Part shown: piece after piece, positions 1 to 10,295 of the stretch
Layout: every line of letters begins with the position of its first letter
How positions within the stretch are numbered: the stretch's first letter is position 1
Source of the DNA: an uncultured archaeon
GTDB taxonomy: Archaea > Altiarchaeota > Altiarchaeia > IMC4 > QMZM01
Direction of reading: 5' to 3'
NCBI GenBank assembly: GCA_964549685.1
Contig: CAZJVE010000001.1
Location: 1-64,000, forward strand
Length of the DNA: 64,000 bases
Notes under the pieces: generated by a model
The model's database searches: none
The model's input: only the letters and a program-made list of their open reading frames with translations
Told to the model about the DNA's origin: nothing
Program-made: the position numbers and the translations under genes

Positions 1-41
1 TAATTAAACATTAATTAAATTTTAATTAAAGTTTAATCAAA
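1..41. promoter_or_regulatory. Four phased TTAAT(T/C)AAA direct repeats (about 11-bp period) upstream of the wHTH gene; putative operator
   Basis: taattaaaca-ttaattaaatt-ttaattaaagt-ttaatcaaag directly before ATG 44; may continue left of the window. Confidence 0.5.
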
Positions 42-43
42 GA

Positions 44-373
44 ATGGAAAACAAATCCATATTCCTGAAGGCGATGGGGGACTACCCGTCAATGCGAGTC
101 CTTGACTTCCTGATGGAGAACTACGTCTTCGACTATTCCAAGACGCAGATAGCTGAGCAGGCAGAGGTAAGTTTCAACACCCTGGAATCGTTCTGGGGCA
201 AGTTGATCGAGTTCGGGATAATCGAGAGAACCAGAAAGGTCGGCAGGTCCGAAATGTACAAACTGAACAGGGAAAATCAGATGGTGAAGAAACTAGTAGA
301 GATAGATATCTGGCTCTCGAAGAATTATGCAGATTCAATTCTCGCTGAGGAAAAGGTTGCTATTCCTGCATGA
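44..373 (+). CDS. Winged helix-turn-helix transcriptional regulator
   Basis: YSKTQIAEQAEVSFNTL HTH followed by wing IIERTRKVGRSEMYKLN. Confidence 0.8.
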   Translation: MENKSIFLKAMGDYPSMRVLDFLMENYVFDYSKTQIAEQAEVSFNTLESFWGKLIEFGIIERTRKVGRSEMYKLNRENQMVKKLVEIDIWLSKNYADSILAEEKVAIPA

Positions 374-376
374 GTT

Positions 377-613
377 TTATTTAACAAACTTCCCAATCCC
401 TCCGAGAAGTCTAACAATCTCGGGGAGAATTCCTGCTGACATGATTCTCACATAGGTCGGGTCGTCGCCTTTCTCCTTGGCCTCTTCCCTTGCTCTGCCA
501 AGCCAGTAGTTCACATGCGCTTCCTTGAGCCCCAGCTTATCTGCAATCTCCCTCTGCTTGTATCCCAGGCCCCGAAGCTCGACAATCTGGGCCAGATGAT
601 AGTCGGACACCAT
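377..613 (-). CDS. Small HTH DNA-binding protein (sigma-70 region 4-like)
   Basis: LRGLGYKQREIADKLGLKEAHVNYWL. Confidence 0.7.
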   Translation of the reverse strand: MVSDYHLAQIVELRGLGYKQREIADKLGLKEAHVNYWLGRAREEAKEKGDDPTYVRIMSAGILPEIVRLLGGIGKFVK

Positions 614-777
614 TCTATCTATACTAAGTATTTACTTTGCTATTATTTGTATTTACTTGGTAATACTATAAAAATACATAGAAGATACTTTTCACTTTTC
701 GGCTAGACTCTCTAGGGCAAAGTATTTTGATTAGGTTAGACAAATGTATTAACATCAGGTTATTACACTTCTGATAT

Positions 778-2079
778 GTGAAAATGTTTCAAATCAAAGA
801 ATACTCAGATGAGTTGTATAACGAGGTTACTGCCTTGCTGATGAACCTAAAGAAGTTCTATCCAACAATAGGGTCTTGGTGGGAGAAAAAAGAATTAGAA
901 AAAATTAAAACAGGATGGAATGGGGAACACTGTCTTGTTGCCATGCTTGACGGCGAGGTCGGAGGCGTAGCCATTTCCGGTATTGAAGATAAGTCGATTT
1001 CAACTGCCAAAATCAAAACATTTTATTTGGGTCCAAAATTACAGCATTTGGGTATAGGCCCCTTTCTCTTAGAGAAGGTTATTGACTACTGGCTGGATAA
1101 AAAAATTAAGAAGATATTTGTGACATTCACTGAGGAGGAGGTTGGTGAACTACTACCCTACTTCCAACTATTTGGTTTTCAATTAGATGGCATATTCCCA
1201 TTCAATTATAGAGAAAATGTTTCAGAGTATTATATGAGCAAGTTACAGGTTTACAAAGAAATTGATCCACACCAGCTAAAAGATTTCTCAAAAGAGTATC
1301 TTTTTCGATTACGTGGATATACAACCGTGAAAGAAAATGGTGATTACATCATAGTCCAAAAGCTGGTTTCCCTAAAGGAGCCATACAAAATATTTGTGAA
1401 ATTTTTGACTGACCCTAATGTTTCGGAATCTATATTGAACGAAGTTAAGACCGAGGCCGACAGGGAAAATTGTTTGAGCCAAATTATTGTAACCTATTAT
1501 CCTCTAGACTTTCCTGTTGAATCTGAAGATAAAAGGGTAAAGGTCATCGACGGATATGACTTAGAAACTATGTTCTATCCACTAAAAATACAGAGGGATT
1601 TCTACTGTGGTATGGTACATCCTGTTAAACCCGAATATGGCAGCCAGATATTCTATGAGGGTTATCAGACCACACTAACACCACATAAAAAATCCTTGCG
1701 ACGGGATAATATATTTTTTAAATACCCTCAATGCTATAAACAACTCAAAAGAGGATCTATCTGTGTACTCTACGAAACCGAACCCACAAAAGCCATTATA
1801 GGTGAAGCTCAGATTAAAAATCTATACTTAGACACCCCTGAGAGCCTATACTCCCAGTTTTCCTCCAAGGCCGTTCTAACGCTAGATAAAATCAAGCAGG
1901 ATATAAGACCGGATGAAAAGGGAAGAGTTATGGCTATGGAATTCGGAACACGACGAAAGTATAAAAAAGCGATACCATTAAAAGCTGTAAAAGAAATCAT
2001 CAGCGAATTCAATCCTCAAGGCAGCCGTTATCTAAATCAAGAAGAGTTGAGTAGGATAAGGAAACTTGGAGAGATATAA
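778..2079 (+). CDS. GNAT acetyltransferase fused to a degenerate Mrr/restriction-endonuclease-like fold and a C-terminal PUA/ASCH-like domain
   Basis: GNAT motif LQHLGIGPFLL and YFQLFGF; middle LFRLRGY...DYIIVQK...IIVT...VKVIDGYDLE; C-terminal ICVLYETEPTKAIIGEAQI...PQGSRYL; AT-rich codons. Confidence 0.75.
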   Translation: MKMFQIKEYSDELYNEVTALLMNLKKFYPTIGSWWEKKELEKIKTGWNGEHCLVAMLDGEVGGVAISGIEDKSISTAKIKTFYLGPKLQHLGIGPFLLEKVIDYWLDKKIKKIFVTFTEEEVGELLPYFQLFGFQLDGIFPFNYRENVSEYYMSKLQVYKEIDPHQLKDFSKEYLFRLRGYTTVKENGDYIIVQKLVSLKEPYKIFVKFLTDPNVSESILNEVKTEADRENCLSQIIVTYYPLDFPVESEDKRVKVIDGYDLETMFYPLKIQRDFYCGMVHPVKPEYGSQIFYEGYQTTLTPHKKSLRRDNIFFKYPQCYKQLKRGSICVLYETEPTKAIIGEAQIKNLYLDTPESLYSQFSSKAVLTLDKIKQDIRPDEKGRVMAMEFGTRRKYKKAIPLKAVKEIISEFNPQGSRYLNQEELSRIRKLGEI

Positions 2080-2510
2080 TGGAGCTTTCATCTTATTTTG
2101 AAGAAATGGAGGACATCGTACCTCTACTCTCAATTAGACCAATTCACTCAAAGGAGATTTTTGATGGTAGAAAAAAGGTTGAGCTTAGGAAGAAGGTTCC
2201 AAAAATGATATCAAATTATCTGCTCGTATATGAAAGTTCCCCAACCCAAGAAATCAAAGGGTTGATAAAAATAAAGGACATAAATTGCCTTGGTGTTAAT
2301 GAAATAATAACACGATATTCCAAAAAGGCGAGGGTAAGTCCAGAATTTATCTCTGAGTATTATAAAGAACACGAAAGAGGATATGTTATCGAAATCAAGG
2401 AATCATTTGAATTTGGCTCTCCAGTCTCTCTGGACATTCTTAGGAAAAAAATAGATTTCACTCCACCCCAAAACTACATGTATTTCAATACATCTATTCT
2501 CATGGATTGA
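2079..2510 (+). CDS. ASCH domain protein
   Basis: LLSIRP...IFDGRKKVELRK (GxKxxExR), YESSP, PPQNYMY; start overlaps the upstream stop (TAATG). Confidence 0.85.
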   Translation: MELSSYFEEMEDIVPLLSIRPIHSKEIFDGRKKVELRKKVPKMISNYLLVYESSPTQEIKGLIKIKDINCLGVNEIITRYSKKARVSPEFISEYYKEHERGYVIEIKESFEFGSPVSLDILRKKIDFTPPQNYMYFNTSILMD

Positions 2511-2597
2511 ATCCAATCCTGGCAAACCCATGCGGCCTCTTTATCACATGGAGTTTCTACTTCGTGATTTAAACTCAAACTCCAAAAAATTTATTCC

Positions 2598-3887
2598 ATG
2601 AACTACATGCAGGCGGTCGCCTTCTTATATGGTCTGAGGGAATCAAGAGTAAAGCTCAGGCTGGGACATACGAGAGAGCTCCTCTCCATGCTCGGCAACC
2701 CTGAATCAAAGCTGAGGTTTGTGCACGTTGCCGGCACGAACGGGAAGGGTTCCGTGTGTGCAATGGTTTCTTCTGTTCTGATGAACGAGGGCTACAGAAC
2801 GGGTCTGTTTATCTCTCCCCATCTGAACAGGTTCGAGGAGAGGATAAGCATTGATGGAACGTTTATCGGGGAGGATGAGGTTTTGGCCCTGGTGAAGAGG
2901 GTGAGGCCCTTTGTGGATGAGATGAAAGGGAAGGGTAGGGGGCCGACATTCTTTGAGGTGGTTACTGCCATGGCCCTCAGCTATTTTGCGGAGAAGAATG
3001 CAGATATTGTCGTCCTTGAGGTCGGGTTGGGTGGAAGGCTTGATGCAACGAATGTCGTGGAACCCATTGTATCTGTAATAACGAATATTGCCCTTGACCA
3101 CCAGAGACTGCTTGGAAACTCTATGGAGGAGATAGCAGGGGAGAAGGCAGGGATTATAAAGAGGGATGGGATATTGGTTACCGGGGCAGATGGGAATTCA
3201 CTTGAGATTATAAAGAGAGAATGCGCAAAGAATAATTCAGAATTGATTTTGGTTGGTAAGGATATACGATATGAGAAAGTGAATTCTAGCAGCGAGGGCC
3301 AGAGATTCCGCCTGAACGGAATCTGCGACTATGGGGAGCTGAGTATTCCCCTTCTCGGCGAGCACCAGATTTTTAACGCTGCTGTTGCTGTGGGGGTGAT
3401 AGAGGCGCTGAAGAAAAGAGGGGTTCCTGTCGATGAGAGGTCGGTCAGGCGGGGGCTGAAGGAGGCGACATGGCCGGGGCGGCTTGAGATTGTGAGGAAG
3501 GAGCCGTTGGTAATTCTTGACGGGGCACATAATCCTGCTGGCATAAGGGCCCTGAAGAGGTGTGTAGCTGATGGCTTCAAGTATGGGAGATTGATTCTTG
3601 TCATTGGGATATCGAAGGGGAAAGACATTCCTGGAATGGTGGGGGAGATTTCAGCTCTTGCGGATATTATAATTATAACACGGTTTGAGGGGAATTCCAC
3701 GGAGCCGGAGATAATAGCGAAGGAATTCAAAGATAATGACAGGGATGTGGTTCTTAAGAATAAGATTCCAAATGCTGTGAGCCATGCCATGGATGAAGCG
3801 AGGGATGGAGACCTGGTGCTCATAACCGGTTCACTATTCGCTGTGGGGGAGGCAAGGAAATTCCTGTTGGGGAAAGATGTCAAATAA
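2598..3887 (+). CDS. folC: Folylpolyglutamate synthase/dihydrofolate synthase
   Basis: HVAGTNGKGS, LEVGLGGRLDATN, WPGRLE, LDGAHNPAG. Confidence 0.95.
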   Translation: MNYMQAVAFLYGLRESRVKLRLGHTRELLSMLGNPESKLRFVHVAGTNGKGSVCAMVSSVLMNEGYRTGLFISPHLNRFEERISIDGTFIGEDEVLALVKRVRPFVDEMKGKGRGPTFFEVVTAMALSYFAEKNADIVVLEVGLGGRLDATNVVEPIVSVITNIALDHQRLLGNSMEEIAGEKAGIIKRDGILVTGADGNSLEIIKRECAKNNSELILVGKDIRYEKVNSSSEGQRFRLNGICDYGELSIPLLGEHQIFNAAVAVGVIEALKKRGVPVDERSVRRGLKEATWPGRLEIVRKEPLVILDGAHNPAGIRALKRCVADGFKYGRLILVIGISKGKDIPGMVGEISALADIIIITRFEGNSTEPEIIAKEFKDNDRDVVLKNKIPNAVSHAMDEARDGDLVLITGSLFAVGEARKFLLGKDVK

Positions 3888-5034
3888 TGTGCGAGTCAGG
3901 CCGATAGGAAATCTGGAAGAGGCGAGGAAGGAGATAGGGAGCGTAGGCTCTGGTAAGGAGGGCGTGGAGATAATGGCGCCCAAGGCTGTTCACAGGGCCA
4001 TAAGAGTTGAGGGCGTTGATACCAAGGCGGCGAATATTTTGAAGCAGGAGATTCTTTCAATAGGGGGGGAGTGCGCCGTCTCATGGGATTCCGTTGCATT
4101 GAAGGAAAAGAAGACCGACGTGCTGCTGATGGGGACGCTGGAGCAGTACGGGAGATTGTTGCCGAAACTGGGGCGCCAGCCCTTTGGGCTGAAGGGAATT
4201 GCAAAGGAGATTCATGAAGTGATTGATAATTTTGACAAAAAAATTTATGAAAGAACAAAAATCATGGGAATTCTCAATCTTACTCCGGATTCATTCAGCG
4301 GGGATGGTCTGGCTGGCAGCCCCGATTCTGCCGTGGAGCTGGCGAAGGCCATGGTCAGGGACGGGGTAGATATGATAGATGTGGGGGGGGAGTCGACAAG
4401 ACCCGAGGCCAAGCCGGTTTCAGTGGAGGAGGAGCTTGAAAGGGTTATTCCGGTCATCGAGGGGTTGAAGAAGGAGATTAAAATTCCCATCTCTATCGAT
4501 ACCTACAAGCCCGAGGTTGCTAAGGAGGCGCTGAAGAAGGGTGCTTCCATGGTTAATGACATCAATGGGCTGAGGAGCAAGGGCATGGCAGAGATTGTAG
4601 CAAAGCACAGCGCCTCAGTCATCATAATGCATATGCAGGGAACGCCGGGGGATATGCAGGATAATCCGAGCTATGGAGATGTTGTGGGGGACATTATTAA
4701 ATTTCTAAGAGAAAGGTGTGAATTTGCGATTGATTCCGGAATTTCAAAGGATAAAATAATAATTGACCCTGGAATCGGTTTTGGAAAAACAACTGAGCAT
4801 AACCTTGAGATAATAAATAGATTAATGGAATTCAAATCCTTGGGCTTTCCAATTCTAATGGGCGTATCAAGGAAGTCCTTTATCGGGAACGTGCTCGACC
4901 TTCCTGTCGAGGAGAGGCTGGAGGGGACCCTTGCTGCTGTAACGGCGTGTGTGATGAACGGGGCCGATATTGTGAGAGTGCATGACGTCAGGGAGGCGAA
5001 GAGGGCGGCAGGGATTGCGGATAGTATTTCTTAA
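3877..5034 (+). CDS. folP: Dihydropteroate synthase with ~125-aa N-terminal extension
   Basis: MGILNLTPDSFS, DVGGESTRP, DPGIGFGK, SRKSF, RVHDV. Confidence 0.95.
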   Translation: MSNNVRVRPIGNLEEARKEIGSVGSGKEGVEIMAPKAVHRAIRVEGVDTKAANILKQEILSIGGECAVSWDSVALKEKKTDVLLMGTLEQYGRLLPKLGRQPFGLKGIAKEIHEVIDNFDKKIYERTKIMGILNLTPDSFSGDGLAGSPDSAVELAKAMVRDGVDMIDVGGESTRPEAKPVSVEEELERVIPVIEGLKKEIKIPISIDTYKPEVAKEALKKGASMVNDINGLRSKGMAEIVAKHSASVIIMHMQGTPGDMQDNPSYGDVVGDIIKFLRERCEFAIDSGISKDKIIIDPGIGFGKTTEHNLEIINRLMEFKSLGFPILMGVSRKSFIGNVLDLPVEERLEGTLAAVTACVMNGADIVRVHDVREAKRAAGIADSIS

Positions 5035-5059
5035 TAACAGTGTTAAATAATTATATAGG

Positions 5060-5341
5060 ATGAGTAATTCTGACGTGTACAAGAGAATGATAGAGTGCAC
5101 TATCAAGGAGTATGGCTCTGTAACGAACCAGGGGCTGGTTATAAGGTTTGCCAACCAGGTCTCCGGCCTGAAGGTCGATAAGAACGGGAAGGTTAAGAGC
5201 GGGGCCAACCTGGACAACTTTGTTGCTCTTGTTAATCACGTAAAAAAATTCTTTGGTCCGGTTGCTTATTTTCTTGCAAGGAAGTCGGTCAAGAAGGTGC
5301 TGGAGGATATCAGGAATGAGCTTCCGAAGGAGTTGAGATAA
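5060..5341 (+). CDS. Hypothetical small helical protein
   Basis: Operon position between folP and the oxidoreductase; host-like codon usage. Confidence 0.65.
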   Translation: MSNSDVYKRMIECTIKEYGSVTNQGLVIRFANQVSGLKVDKNGKVKSGANLDNFVALVNHVKKFFGPVAYFLARKSVKKVLEDIRNELPKELR

Positions 5342-5342
5342 A

Positions 5343-6593
5343 ATGAAGGATGAGATTGCAATCGTTGGGGCAGGTATTTCCGGCCTTTCATGTGCCTACA
5401 GGCTGGCGAAAAACGGATTCAAGGTAAAGGTATTTGAGAAGGAGATACTTGCAGGGGGCAGGGCGCCCAAGGCTGAGAGGGTTATCTATAAGGGGGAGAC
5501 GAATATCCTCTCGCTTCTGAAGGAGTTGAACTATACGGATATTGAGGAAACGTCGCTTGGAAGTTTTGCCGCCTTCAGTAACGGCAAGACAATGGAATTC
5601 ACGAAGTTCAAGCCCCTGGCTTTCAGGGAGAAGGACCTGTCTTTCTTTGGGAAGGTCCAGAGGTATATGGGGGCTATGTTTACCAAGACGGACTTGAAGG
5701 AGCTGAAGAGGCTCCAGGATTACCTTGAGTCCCTGGAGTTGTCCTACGGAGATAACAAGGAAGGCAAAAGGCTTCACGGGATGTCCATGGAGGAGTGGAT
5801 GAATGACTATCCTACGACAAAGAACCTTATGCTCGTGCCGATGCTTCAGGTAACCTTCGAGACGGATTTCGGAAAGATGTCCGCCAGGTATGGAGTGCAT
5901 CACATACAGAAGTTCTTCAGGGTGATATGGGACGGCGGCTATATAATCAAGGGGGGGCCGTTTGCCATAACCCAGGAGATAATCCGGGGTCTTCGTGAAT
6001 CAGGGAGCGATATAGAATTCCTCAGCGAGGTCAAGAAGGTCGAGAAGACCGAAGGCGGCTTCGAGGTCGTGTATGAGAGGGCCGAAGAGCCCGGTGGTAA
6101 GAAGCAGGTGGTTTCCGAGAGATTCGGGTGTGTTGTCCTTGCGGTTCAGTTGCCTATGTCTTCAAAAATTCTTGGGGAGAATTTCAAGGTCCCTTACATA
6201 AGAAGCAAATCCATCTATACTAAGGGTGAGTTGAAAGGCAACTGGGAGATAGTTATAGGCCCGGAATATGAATCGAATTTCAGGTCCCTGTTCACCCTGA
6301 TGAAGGGGGAGCAGTACCTATATCCAATAGACCCGAAGCTCGAGGTCAAGGGTGCGGAGGTCATGTTCAAGGAGGGAGGGTATGAGGTCCTGGGTGTCGA
6401 GGACATACCCTCTGCGATGCCGAGAATTTTACCCAATAGCAAGAGTCCATCACTGGAGCATAAGAAGAATATATTCCTGTGCGGTGATTTCTATCATTAT
6501 CCCTGCCTGGAGACTGCTGTTAAAACGGGGCTCATGGTTGCTGATAAGATAATGGCAAAAGAAAAGAAAAAATCTGCTAAATCTTCGTCTTGA
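5343..6593 (+). CDS. FAD-dependent oxidoreductase (amine oxidase/HemY-like superfamily)
   Basis: [12 protein letters not shown]...FEKE..AGGR dinucleotide-binding motif; C-terminal LCGDF. Confidence 0.8.
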   Translation: MKDEIAIVGAGISGLSCAYRLAKNGFKVKVFEKEILAGGRAPKAERVIYKGETNILSLLKELNYTDIEETSLGSFAAFSNGKTMEFTKFKPLAFREKDLSFFGKVQRYMGAMFTKTDLKELKRLQDYLESLELSYGDNKEGKRLHGMSMEEWMNDYPTTKNLMLVPMLQVTFETDFGKMSARYGVHHIQKFFRVIWDGGYIIKGGPFAITQEIIRGLRESGSDIEFLSEVKKVEKTEGGFEVVYERAEEPGGKKQVVSERFGCVVLAVQLPMSSKILGENFKVPYIRSKSIYTKGELKGNWEIVIGPEYESNFRSLFTLMKGEQYLYPIDPKLEVKGAEVMFKEGGYEVLGVEDIPSAMPRILPNSKSPSLEHKKNIFLCGDFYHYPCLETAVKTGLMVADKIMAKEKKKSAKSSS

Positions 6594-7506
6594 ACCACTC
6601 TATCGTTTTCTTCAGGCCCTCATCAAGAGAAACCTTGGGTTCCCAACCGAGAACGGATTTTGCCTTTGTTATGTCCGGCTGCCTGGTCTTTGGGTCATCA
6701 ACCGGAAGGTCTTCGAATACCATCTCTGATTCAGAGCCGGTAAGCTCCTTTATTCTCTTTGCGAAATCGATAATGGACATCTCCTCGGGATTTCCGATAT
6801 TTACGGGCTCCGTTTCATTGGAGAGCATCAGCTTATAGATGCCTTCGACCATGTCGGAGATGTAGCAGAAGCTCCTTGTCTGGGAGCCGTCGCCGTAGAC
6901 TGTTAGAGGTTTTTTGGTCAGGGCCTGGGTCATGAAGTTAGGCACTACACGACCGTCCTTCATCCTCATCCTGGGGCCGAAGGTGTTGAAGATTCTTGCG
7001 ATTCTGGTGTCTACTCCGTGAGTCCTATGATATGCGAGAGTCAGGGCTTCGGCAAACCTCTTTGCCTCATCATAGACCCCTCTCGGCCCTGTTGGATTGA
7101 CGTTGCCCCAGTAGCTCTCGGGCTGCGGATGTACCAATGGATCTCCATAGACCTCGGAGGTGGATGCAAGAAGGAATTTTGCACTCTTTGCCTTTGCAAG
7201 GCCCAGTGCATTATGAGTGCCAAGGGAGCCGACCTTCAGGGTTTGAATGGGAAGTTCAAGATAGTCTATGGGGCTGGCTGGGGATGCGAAATGGAGAATA
7301 TAGTCGAGGTCGCCGTCGACCCGGATGAATTCGGTTACATCATGATTGATGAATTCAAAATTTTCATTGTCCTTTAGATGAGAAATGTTCTCCTCGCTCC
7401 CTGTAAGGAGATTGTCCATGCAAATAACATCATGGCCGTTATCCAGAAGATAATCGCACAGGTGGCTTCCAATGAATCCGGCTCCTCCGGTAACTAGTAT
7501 TTTCAT
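6577..7506 (-). CDS. UDP-glucuronate decarboxylase (UDP-xylose synthase-like extended SDR)
   Basis: [35 protein letters not shown]; start placed at MKILV. Confidence 0.88.
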   Translation of the reverse strand: MKILVTGGAGFIGSHLCDYLLDNGHDVICMDNLLTGSEENISHLKDNENFEFINHDVTEFIRVDGDLDYILHFASPASPIDYLELPIQTLKVGSLGTHNALGLAKAKSAKFLLASTSEVYGDPLVHPQPESYWGNVNPTGPRGVYDEAKRFAEALTLAYHRTHGVDTRIARIFNTFGPRMRMKDGRVVPNFMTQALTKKPLTVYGDGSQTRSFCYISDMVEGIYKLMLSNETEPVNIGNPEEMSIIDFAKRIKELTGSESEMVFEDLPVDDPKTRQPDITKAKSVLGWEPKVSLDEGLKKTIEWFKTKI

Positions 7507-7508
7507 TT

Positions 7509-8783
7509 TCACCAGCACAGGCCATCATAGTCAATTCCATCGCGGTTCTTGACTATGTTCCTGCCGTCTATGACTATTTTGTTCTTCATGCCAGAATAGT
7601 CGAGGTTCTGGAACTCCTCCCAGTCCGTGAGTATTAGAGCGATGTCAGCGTCCTTGAGGGCCTCTTGCGCAGCGGGAGCATACTGTATGTCAGGGAATTC
7701 CGCCCTTGTGTTCTCCTGGGCCTTGGGGTCGTATGCTACTACCATTGCATTTTCGTCGAGGAGCTTCTTTATGACGGGGAAGGACTGCGATTCCCTCGTA
7801 TCATCGGTCTCAGCCTTGAATGCAAGACCAAGGACTGCGACTCTCTTTCCTTCAAAAGAGCCTATCTTCTTTCTTGCCATGTCGAGGAGAATCTCCGGCT
7901 GTTTCCTGTTGACTGCAAGGGCGCTCTGCAGTAGTTCGGGCCCATAGCCGAGCTCCTTTGCATGGCCGACGAGGCCCTTGATGTCCTTCGGGAAGCAGCT
8001 GCCTCCCCAGCCCAGTCCTGCTTTAAGGAAGTTGGGGGATATCCTGTGGTCGAGGCTCATCCCCTCTGCGACTGTGTAGGTATCTATGCCCAGGCGCTTG
8101 CAGATGTTGCCTATCTCGTTGATGAATGAGACCTTCGTTGCAAGGAACGAGTTGCTTGCGTATTTTATCATCTCTGCCGTCTTGAGGTCGGTCCTGAGAA
8201 CCGGACAGTAGAAGCTCTTGTATAATTCGGCGAGCCTGTTGCCGGAATTCTCATCGTGCTGGCCGATGACAACCCTGTCGGGCTTCATGAAGTCTTCAAC
8301 CGCAACTCCTTCTCTCAGGAATTCCGGGTTCATGCATACTCCGAATTCCCCGGCCTTCTTTCCGGAATTCTTCTCGAGGAGCGGGAGCACTACGTTCTCG
8401 GTCGTTCCGGGAACGACCGTGCTTTTTACAACGACCGTATGATTGTCTACCGATGCGAGGGCCTTTCCAAGGCCTTCTGCTGCCGACTTTATGTACTGCA
8501 AATCTATTTTGCCGTCACCGTCGGAGGGGGTCCCTACGCAGATGAATGAGATTTCGGAGTTCTCTATCGCCATGTTAAGGTCCGTGGTTGCTTTCAGGTT
8601 CTTGCCAACGCTCCTCTCGAGAATCTCCTGCAGCCCTTCTTCATAGATGGGGCTCTTTCCCTGGTTTATCATGTCAACCTTTTCCGGAAGTATGTCTACG
8701 CAGATGACATCGTTGCCCATGTCCGCAAGACATGCCCCTGTTACAAGGCCGACATAGCCGGTCCCTATGGTCGCTACTTTCAT
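7509..8783 (-). CDS. ugd: UDP-glucose 6-dehydrogenase
   Basis: [31 protein letters not shown]. Confidence 0.92.
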   Translation of the reverse strand: MKVATIGTGYVGLVTGACLADMGNDVICVDILPEKVDMINQGKSPIYEEGLQEILERSVGKNLKATTDLNMAIENSEISFICVGTPSDGDGKIDLQYIKSAAEGLGKALASVDNHTVVVKSTVVPGTTENVVLPLLEKNSGKKAGEFGVCMNPEFLREGVAVEDFMKPDRVVIGQHDENSGNRLAELYKSFYCPVLRTDLKTAEMIKYASNSFLATKVSFINEIGNICKRLGIDTYTVAEGMSLDHRISPNFLKAGLGWGGSCFPKDIKGLVGHAKELGYGPELLQSALAVNRKQPEILLDMARKKIGSFEGKRVAVLGLAFKAETDDTRESQSFPVIKKLLDENAMVVAYDPKAQENTRAEFPDIQYAPAAQEALKDADIALILTDWEEFQNLDYSGMKNKIVIDGRNIVKNRDGIDYDGLCW

Positions 8784-8815
8784 AGATATCAGATATAGGT
8801 TTTATCCTAAAAAAG

Positions 8816-9916
8816 TTAAATCTCGTTGTAGAGTCTCTCCGTTTTTTCAACTACTATGGGGAGGGTGAATTCCTCCCCGACCCTGGTTCTTGCCTTTTCT
8901 CCGAGATCTTTGCGAAGGTTCTTGTCAGAGAGGAGTTTCTGGATTGCCTTCCTGAGTGCCTTTGAGTCCTTCGGCTTTACGAGGATGCCTGTATCTCCAA
9001 CAACGGAGGGCATTCCCGACATATCGGTGGTTATTGTGGGCTTCCCGGAGGCCATTGCCTCCAGCAATGCAATTCCGAAGGCCTCCGCCCTTGTAACTGA
9101 CGGAAGGACGAAGACATCGCAGCAGGAATAGAGCAGGGGGATTTCATCATCTTCGGGGACGATGAAGCGGACGCTGGGAATTCCCCTGGCCTTCTTCATC
9201 AGTTTCTCCTTCAGGGGACCTCTTCCCGCTATTACTAGATTTGCATTCTTCACCTCCTTGAATGCATCTATCAGGTATTCGACCCCCTTGTATGGGACGA
9301 GCCTGCCGAAGAAGAGGACTATCTTGTCTTTGCCGAGGCCGTATCTTTCTCTTACTCTGCTGCCGTCAATGGCGGGGTTGAATTCATCAGAATTTACAAA
9401 GTTGGGGATTACGACTATTTTATTCTTGAATTTTCTCAATGTCTTAGAGCCGTCGGCATAGGCCTGAGTGGTTGCGATTATTCTTGTTGCATGGCTGAGA
9501 ATTCTCTTCTCAACAATACCAAATAATAACCTGAAGGGTAAGTGGTAGAACCTATCTTTTATTATGTCTGAGTGGTATGTTATGACGAGCGGTTTTCCCT
9601 TTATCCTGGAGGCCAACCATGCAAAAACCGAGTTGAAGGGGTCCGGGGAATGGACATGAATGATGTCATAGTCCCTGCTCAGCAGGCCGAGGAGTATTCC
9701 TGGAGAAAAGGGGGCGTTGAAGATGGTGAACAGGCTGTTGGCCCTGTGAATCTCTATGCCCTGGAACGTTTCCTTCCTTCTGCTTCTCGGTATGTTCGAT
9801 GTAAAGACAAGAACCTCGTTTCCTTTGTCGACTACGCCCTTGGATATCCCGAGGACGTTGGATTCTATCCCACCATGGTGGGGATGAAAGTATTTGGTGA
9901 CCTGGGCAATTCTCAT
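8816..9916 (-). CDS. Glycosyltransferase family 4
   Basis: FGRLVPYKG, EAFGIALLEAMASGKP. Confidence 0.92.
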   Translation of the reverse strand: MRIAQVTKYFHPHHGGIESNVLGISKGVVDKGNEVLVFTSNIPRSRRKETFQGIEIHRANSLFTIFNAPFSPGILLGLLSRDYDIIHVHSPDPFNSVFAWLASRIKGKPLVITYHSDIIKDRFYHLPFRLLFGIVEKRILSHATRIIATTQAYADGSKTLRKFKNKIVVIPNFVNSDEFNPAIDGSRVRERYGLGKDKIVLFFGRLVPYKGVEYLIDAFKEVKNANLVIAGRGPLKEKLMKKARGIPSVRFIVPEDDEIPLLYSCCDVFVLPSVTRAEAFGIALLEAMASGKPTITTDMSGMPSVVGDTGILVKPKDSKALRKAIQKLLSDKNLRKDLGEKARTRVGEEFTLPIVVEKTERLYNEI

Positions 9917-9920
9917 TTTA

Positions 9921-10006
9921 GCATAACATTACTCATTGGCAACATTCCTCATTGGCATAACATTCCTCATTGACAACATTACTCATTGGCATAACAATCC
10001 TCATTA
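9921..10006. repeat. Five imperfect tandem units of 16-20 bp (ATGAG(G/T)AATGTT... on the minus strand)
   Basis: gcataacattactcattg/gcaacattcctcattg/gcataacattcctcattg/acaacattactcattg/gcataacaatcctcatta. Confidence 0.9.
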
Positions 10007-10249
10007 GCACAACATCCCTCCGAGATGGAGGATAAGTAGTGTGCCCACTCCCGGGATGCCGAAGAGCGCAGCCACCGCAATCGTGAACATGTTTATCGGA
10101 ATCTCAATCAGGAAGACGTACTGCAGAACCAGGAGCAATATGATTCCCACAAGCGAGTTAATCAGCAGCCTCTTCAGCCTCTTCCAGAATATGTAGATTA
10201 AGACTGCAAGGATTGCCCCGATGAATGCCAGGATTACGATGTCGTCCAT
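10004..10249 (-). CDS. BofA-like (pro-sigmaK processing inhibitor family) small membrane protein
   Basis: LLINSLVGIILL...IPINMFTIAVAALFGIPGV. Confidence 0.75.
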   Translation of the reverse strand: MDDIVILAFIGAILAVLIYIFWKRLKRLLINSLVGIILLLVLQYVFLIEIPINMFTIAVAALFGIPGVGTLLILHLGGMLC

Positions 10250-10295
10250 TTTATTGATTTAAGCACTAATAGATATATTTCCCCAACCAAAAATA

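Noticed and set aside
614-2590. Defined mobile element
   Set aside because: Only a compositional shift; no integrase, transposase, terminal repeats or tRNA att site visible
9921-10006. Possible CRISPR array
   Set aside because: Units are 16-20 bp and contiguous, with no unique spacers; no cas genes in the window
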